Shown: positions 27,602 to 32,000 of the stretch, piece after piece
Layout of the letters: the number at the start of each line of letters is the position of its first letter
How positions within the stretch are numbered: the stretch's first letter is position 1
Assembly: GCA_000091165.1 (NCBI GenBank)
Contig: FP565575.1
Location: 2,250,001 to 2,282,000, forward strand
Direction: 5' to 3'
DNA from: Candidatus Methylomirabilis oxygeniifera
GTDB lineage: Bacteria > Methylomirabilota > Methylomirabilia > Methylomirabilales > Methylomirabilaceae
Length of the DNA stretch: 32,000 nucleotides
Position numbers and translations under genes: made by a program
Notes under the pieces: generated by a model
The model's database searches: none
The model's input: the letters and a program-made list of their open reading frames with translations, nothing else
What the model was told of the DNA's origin: nothing

Positions 27602-28774
27602 TTAGTTATTCATGGTCTCAGCTTTTGGTGGCAGGAATGCCAAAATGAGGTCCTTACGCGCGCGAAAGCCGTCTGGCTCTTGGGCAAGGAGTCCCATCTG
27701 GATCAAGGCCTTCACATCGCGGGACAGCGTCTTAGCTGTCTTGCGAGCATACGCGGCCGCGATACGCGGGCTGACCTGAGAAAGCTCCGACAAAGGAAGC
27801 GGCCTGGTACCCTGTGAAAGGTCCAGAACCAGGTGCCGGCGTCGTGCGTCGCTGGGGCTCTTCTTGTCGCTGAACGTCTCATGGACGTAATTGCGCCACG
27901 CCACATCCAACTGCTGAGCCCTGATATCTTGTAGCTGAGACCGAAGCCCATCTAACAGGCCTTGTGTTGCGTAGAGTATAAATGGCAATACGTCGCCTCC
28001 GGAGCGGCTCGCGTGATCGAGTTGACGGTAATACTCGGTCCGAGTCTGATTGTAGTGATTACTCAGAAGATGGGCAGCGGGGGCCGGCACGCCGGATGCG
28101 ATCAAGATCTGAAACTCAACCAACCGGGCGGTTCGGCCATTTCCATCTCCGAATGGGTGAATCCATGCCAGATAGAGGTGTGCCAGCACAGCCTTGAGAA
28201 TCGCATAGACGATCACCGTCTCCGGTCGTGGATTGAAGGCCTTACTATTGAGCCACTCACAGAGGCGATCCAGTAGATATTCGCAGTCCTGGGCCGGAGG
28301 GGCGTGATAGCGCCCAACGCCGACCGCATGCCCTCGGATCTCGCCAGGCATCACCTCTTCATCTAACCTGAGTTTGTCCAAGACGATCTGATTCAACTTT
28401 TTGACTATATCAGACGTAAGGGTAGGAGTTCTCCTTGCTTTAATATCTGACAGGATAAGGTTGCAGCCGGTGACAATGTTATCTATCTCCTGTGCAAGGT
28501 ACTCGCGCGAAGGTGGAAGCTTGAGCCTGCCTTGCAGATGCCGCAGAACCTCCTCCTCAGAGAGTGTGTTTCCTTCAATAGCCGTGGTCGCAAGAACGCC
28601 CTTGGCCAAATACAATTGATATAATTTATTTGCTGTATCCGGACGCAAAGGAACGCCGGCAATATGCTCGCACTTTGATTGGCACTCTCCCAGCATGATC
28701 CACAGACCGCTTGGCGCGCGGCTGAAGTCAACTGAGAATGTTAACCAAGGATGTGTCTTCTCATATGTCCTCAT
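27602..28774 (-). CDS. Fic family protein (class II-type inhibitory motif)
   Basis: Canonical HPFGDGNGRTAR; upstream TTAIEGNTL matches the (S/T)xxxE(G/N) inhibitory helix; C-terminal winged-helix-like region. Confidence 0.93.
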   Translation of the reverse strand: MRTYEKTHPWLTFSVDFSRAPSGLWIMLGECQSKCEHIAGVPLRPDTANKLYQLYLAKGVLATTAIEGNTLSEEEVLRHLQGRLKLPPSREYLAQEIDNIVTGCNLILSDIKARRTPTLTSDIVKKLNQIVLDKLRLDEEVMPGEIRGHAVGVGRYHAPPAQDCEYLLDRLCEWLNSKAFNPRPETVIVYAILKAVLAHLYLAWIHPFGDGNGRTARLVEFQILIASGVPAPAAHLLSNHYNQTRTEYYRQLDHASRSGGDVLPFILYATQGLLDGLRSQLQDIRAQQLDVAWRNYVHETFSDKKSPSDARRRHLVLDLSQGTRPLPLSELSQVSPRIAAAYARKTAKTLSRDVKALIQMGLLAQEPDGFRARKDLILAFLPPKAETMNN

Positions 28775-28998
28775 ATTTGTCCATAACTATACCTTATTTT
28801 ATAATACGTTACCAGCTACGTACTACTATAAGTGCTATCTATGTGTCCATAATATTGGAGATATACATAAATGTCAACGCCTGGGGGACCCCAAGTCGAA
28901 TTCGGACACCTCCTGGAGAAGAAAGCTTGGCAAACACAACACTGGGAGACCGCCTGCCTAGGTTACGCATAGTGACTGAAACAGCAGGAAGGAGCGGA

Positions 28999-29153
28999 CA
29001 TGCCACCAAAAGGGTGAAGGTCGGAGAAGACACAGTTGCAGTCGCAGTTCAAGCAGAGGAAGGCCACGAAGACCTACCGCTACGATCCGAGTCTGGACTC
29101 GGCCCTCTCGTGGAACGTGAGCGCCGACCCGGGCCAACACCGGAGCCCGCTTC
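28999..29153 (+). pseudogene. Likely N-terminal remnant of a site-specific DNA-methyltransferase (type III Mod-like) gene
   Basis: RBS AGGAAGGAG then ATG; frame reads MPPKG*RSEKTQLQSQFKQRKATKTYRYDPSLDSALSWNVSADPGQHRSPLLHVAPD; the TYRYDPSLD.ALSW block resembles the linker/N-terminal motif of Mod-like proteins (recalled, not searched). Confidence 0.4.
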
Positions 29154-29252
29154 TTCACGTTGCTCCAGATTGATGTACCGGCCCATCTCGTAGGCCGTCT
29201 GGGATAGAACCCTAATGTGGAGGTGAGCCTGGGGCTCATTCGCCCCTGGCAT

Positions 29253-29441
29253 TTACTTGCCCGCCGTTCGCTGCCGAATCTGCTCCAGCGCCTTCCGCGC
29301 CGCTCTCCGAACATGTTCATCAGCATCCTGTTGGGCAATGCACTCCAGGTCGGGCAGGAGGCGGGTACTACCCCAGTCGCCTAGCGCCCTAGCAGCTCGC
29401 ACACGCACGCTGCTGTCTACCGTCTCGTCGCTCACTGTCAA
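29253..29441 (-). CDS. Mini HEAT-repeat protein (62 aa)
   Basis: SSVRVRAARALGDWGSTRLLPDLECIAQQDADEHVRRAARKALEQI is a HEAT/PBS-lyase-type repeat; TTG start overlaps the upstream stop (TTGA). Confidence 0.6.
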   Translation of the reverse strand: MTVSDETVDSSVRVRAARALGDWGSTRLLPDLECIAQQDADEHVRRAARKALEQIRQRTAGK

Positions 29442-29794
29442 AGCGAAGGCTGCGCTATCTCGGGACTCTCCTGCCTCCAGGTCAACCTCACTGTGTAACT
29501 CGCCTCAATGCCTGTTTTTGCGACCACCAGTGTGTTCAATTCGCCCGACGCCTTCAACCCGAAGGTGATCTCTATCTCATCAGGGGATTCGTACAAACTA
29601 CGTATCTTGTCTACGATGACAAGTGCGGCGTTGCGCGCATTCTCGGCCGCCTGCTCAAAGCTCTCACGTGCACGTTCGGCCACCTCGCCCAAACCGGCCT
29701 TGACGACACTACCGTCAGGCCCGTCACTCTCGATCACGACCGTGCTCCCATCGGGCAAATCGAACTCGACATAGCGGCTCATTGTGTCCTCCAA
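29438..29794 (-). CDS. Trypsin-co-occurring domain 1 (Trypco1)-like small protein
   Basis: MSRYVEFDLPDGSTVVIESD...VVKAG...AERARESFEQAAENARNAALVIVDKIRSLYESPDEIEITFGLKASGELNTLVVAKTGIEASYTVRLTW matches the remembered family pattern. Probable start is MSRYVEF, a few codons in. Confidence 0.7.
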   Translation of the reverse strand: MEDTMSRYVEFDLPDGSTVVIESDGPDGSVVKAGLGEVAERARESFEQAAENARNAALVIVDKIRSLYESPDEIEITFGLKASGELNTLVVAKTGIEASYTVRLTWRQESPEIAQPSL

Positions 29795-30015
29795 TCCGCA
29801 TGAGTATCACATTGATTATCGCGTTGATTCGACGTTATCGCCTTTTTCGCCACACGGCTTTTCACAATCATCAGTTTATTACCACATTGTGGGTCGTGAT
29901 TACCACGTTTCTCCTAAAAGAGACTCTGGCCCGTTCCCTTGCAGCTCAGTTCCCTTTTCTCTCAAAGGCAACCCAACCTCCAGGGTGAAAACTCCATGAT
30001 TTCTAAGGTTTTTCC

Positions 30016-30045
30016 TTGACAGACTGGAGGCTAAGTTGTTAGCCT
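30016..30045 (+). promoter_or_regulatory. TTGACA box adjoining palindrome AGGCTAA-GTTG-TTAGCCT upstream of glyQ
   Basis: TTGACA 30016-30021; perfect 7-bp-arm palindrome 30028-30045. No good -10 is recognised at standard spacing. Confidence 0.3.
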
Positions 30046-30125
30046 GTATGGCGCTCAGGCTATTCAAGGAATCCACCATATTGTAAGCTACGGGTATTAC
30101 TTTTTCGCTTTCTCGACACACAGAG

Positions 30126-31034
30126 ATGATCGTGAAAAGCTCAGCAGGACAGGTGATGACGTTCCAGGAATTGATCCTCGCATTGCAGCGGTTTTATGCG
30201 GAGCAGGGTTGCGTCATTCAGCAGCCGTACGACGTAGAAGTGGGCGCGGGGACGATGAATCCGGCGACCTTTCTGCGTGTACTCGGCCCTGAGCCGTGGA
30301 ATGTCGCCTATGTCGAGTCGACCCGGCGCCCCGCTGATGGACGGTATGGGGAAAACCCGAATCGCCTCCAGCACTACTACCAGTACCAGGTCATCATGAA
30401 GCCATCTCCTGACAACATTCAGGAGATCTACCTGGACAGCCTTCGGAGCCTTGGGATCGACCCGCTCAAGCACGATATCCGTTTCGTAGAGGACGACTGG
30501 GAGTCGCCGACCCTTGGCGCCTGGGGTCTCGGTTGGGAGGTCTGGCTGGACGGCTTGGAGATTACCCAGTTCACTTACTTCCAGCAGGCTGGAGGCGTCG
30601 ACCTGAAGCCGATCTCTGCAGAGTTGACCTATGGGATCGAGCGGATCGCCATGTTCCTGCAGGGAGTGGACAGCGTCTACGACCTGACGTGGGTCAAGGG
30701 CGTGACCTACGGCGATATCCATCATAAGAGTGAGGTGGAGTGGTCGATCCACAACTTTGAGGAAGCCGATGTGGCGCTTCAGTTTCAGCTTTTCGACCAG
30801 TATGAACGGGAAGGACTCCGCCTGATCGAGAAAGGACTGGTGCTGCCGGCATACGACTACTGCCTCAAGTCCTCTCACACGTTTAACCTCCTGGACGCCA
30901 GAGGCGCCATAGGTGTCACTGAGCGGACCAGTTTCATCGGTCGCGTCAGAAACCTCGCTCGCCGCTGCGCGGAAGCCTATCTGAAGCAGCGTGAGGAGGT
31001 CGGCTTCCCACTCATGAAGGCGTGGCAGCCCTAA
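30126..31034 (+). CDS. glyQ: Glycyl-tRNA synthetase alpha subunit
   Basis: [85 protein letters not shown]. Start may be 30156. Confidence 0.97.
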   Translation: MIVKSSAGQVMTFQELILALQRFYAEQGCVIQQPYDVEVGAGTMNPATFLRVLGPEPWNVAYVESTRRPADGRYGENPNRLQHYYQYQVIMKPSPDNIQEIYLDSLRSLGIDPLKHDIRFVEDDWESPTLGAWGLGWEVWLDGLEITQFTYFQQAGGVDLKPISAELTYGIERIAMFLQGVDSVYDLTWVKGVTYGDIHHKSEVEWSIHNFEEADVALQFQLFDQYEREGLRLIEKGLVLPAYDYCLKSSHTFNLLDARGAIGVTERTSFIGRVRNLARRCAEAYLKQREEVGFPLMKAWQP

Positions 31035-31058
31035 CCGCATGATGCAGGATAATTCTTG

Positions 31059-32000
31059 ATGACCCAAGACCTGTTGTTTGAGATCGGTATCGAGGAGATC
31101 CCTTCCGGTTACCTGACGCCGGCGTTGAAGGATCTGGCGACACAGGCGCGTCGCCTGTTCGAAGAGCACCGCATCGCCTTTACCGGCGTGCGCACATTCG
31201 GTACGCCTCGGCGCCTCACCCTGCATGTGGAGCGGCTGGACCAGAATCAAGGCGATCTGGTTCGCGAGGTGGTTGGGCCATCCAGAGCGGCCGCGTTCGA
31301 TCAGGAAGGCCGTCCGACCAAGGCTGCGCTTGGCTTCGCAAGGGGACAGGGCGTCCCGGTGGAGCAGCTCCGCGTGAAGACACTTGATCGGGGAGAGTAT
31401 GTTGTGGCTGCCATCGTCGAGCAGGGCGCGCGTCTGGACGAGATCCTGCCGGTTGTCCTGCCCCGTCTGATCACCTCGCTCTCCTTCCCGAAGTCGATGC
31501 GATGGGGACAAGGTGCGTTTCGGTTTGTCCGTCCGATCCGGTGGCTCGTTGCCCTGTACAGTGGCCGGGTGATTCCCTTTGAAATTGACGGGGTCATAAG
31601 CGGGAATAAGACGTGCGGCCATCGATTCCTGAGCCGAGGCCAGATCCGTGTTAGAAACTTCCAGGATTATATCGAAAAGCTGGAGGAGCGGTATGTCATC
31701 GTCAACCAGCACCGTCGCCGCGAGCTGGTGACACGGTTGGCCAAGGAGGCCGCAGCCAAAGTCGGCGGGAAGCCCGTGTTTGACGATGAGTTGGTGGAGA
31801 TGGTGGCCAGTCTGGTGGAATACCCTACCGCGGTGTGCGGTGGCTTCGAACAGGAGTATCTCAGCTTACCGCGTGAGGTGATCATGACGCCCATGCGGAA
31901 GCACCAGCGCTACTTCCCGGTGACGGACGATGCCGGCAAGCTCCTCCCCTATTTCGTGACAATCTCCAACATGAAGGCAAAGGATATGGGCCTGATTCGT
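31059..32000 (+). CDS. glyS: Glycyl-tRNA synthetase beta subunit (3' truncated by window)
   Basis: Manual translation from ATG 31059: MTQDLLFEIGIEEIPSGYLTPALKDLATQARRLFEEHRIAFTGVRTFGTPRRLTLHVERL...; open to base 32000, hence absent from ORF track. Confidence 0.95.
   Translation, partial: MTQDLLFEIGIEEIPSGYLTPALKDLATQARRLFEEHRIAFTGVRTFGTPRRLTLHVERLDQNQGDLVREVVGPSRAAAFDQEGRPTKAALGFARGQGVPVEQLRVKTLDRGEYVVAAIVEQGARLDEILPVVLPRLITSLSFPKSMRWGQGAFRFVRPIRWLVALYSGRVIPFEIDGVISGNKTCGHRFLSRGQIRVRNFQDYIEKLEERYVIVNQHRRRELVTRLAKEAAAKVGGKPVFDDELVEMVASLVEYPTAVCGGFEQEYLSLPREVIMTPMRKHQRYFPVTDDAGKLLPYFVTISNMKAKDMGLIR

Noticed and set aside
28738-29193. 151-aa plus-strand ORF as a real gene
   Set aside because: Starts inside the Fic 5' end and promoter, shifts composition abruptly, and the plausible homology signal (TYRYDPSLD) is in another frame.
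29795-30125. Possible glycine T-box or riboswitch upstream of glyQ
   Set aside because: No T-box core (AGGGUGGNACCGCG-like) or glycine riboswitch core is visible; only a short palindrome was kept as a weak finding.
30141-31712. 523-aa minus-strand ORF
   Set aside because: Antisense shadow of glyQ and glyS, both clearly coding on the plus strand.

Overview
A GC-rich bacterial chromosomal window, mostly core genes. Minus-strand block (1-15996): LPG-synthase/UPF0104-type membrane protein (partial), tldE/pmbA-like, tldD-like, thpR, cinA, GAF-GGDEF diguanylate cyclase, yajQ, lolA, ftsK, RNase J, lon, galU. Plus-strand block (16483-27543): OmpA/TSP3 lipoprotein, small lipoprotein, mlaE-mlaF-mlaD, GH57/DUF3536 protein, CBS/CorC-family membrane protein, LapA-like protein, His-rich membrane-anchored protein, guanine-deaminase-like amidohydrolase. 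A small minus-strand accessory island (about 27.6-29.8 kb) carries a Fic protein, a likely DNA-methyltransferase remnant, a mini HEAT-repeat ORF and a Trypco1-like ORF. The window ends with glyQ and partial glyS on the plus strand. I did not find a convincing new multi-gene system. The best second-look items are: (1) a perfect 25-bp-arm, 51-bp palindrome 2 bp after the ompA-like stop; (2) a palindromic dispersed-type element read in frame into the C-terminus of Lon while the lon/RNase J overlap is preserved; (3) the Trypco1-like/HEAT TTGA-overlapping pair next to Fic; (4) a perfect TGTGA-N6-TCACA site over the predicted -10 of the GGDEF gene, next to yajQ; (5) an N-terminal methyltransferase-like remnant with an in-frame TGA. 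Taxonomy cannot be fixed from the sequence alone; gene content and style would fit NC10/Methylomirabilota or a relative (weak inference). No tRNA, rRNA or CRISPR was seen.
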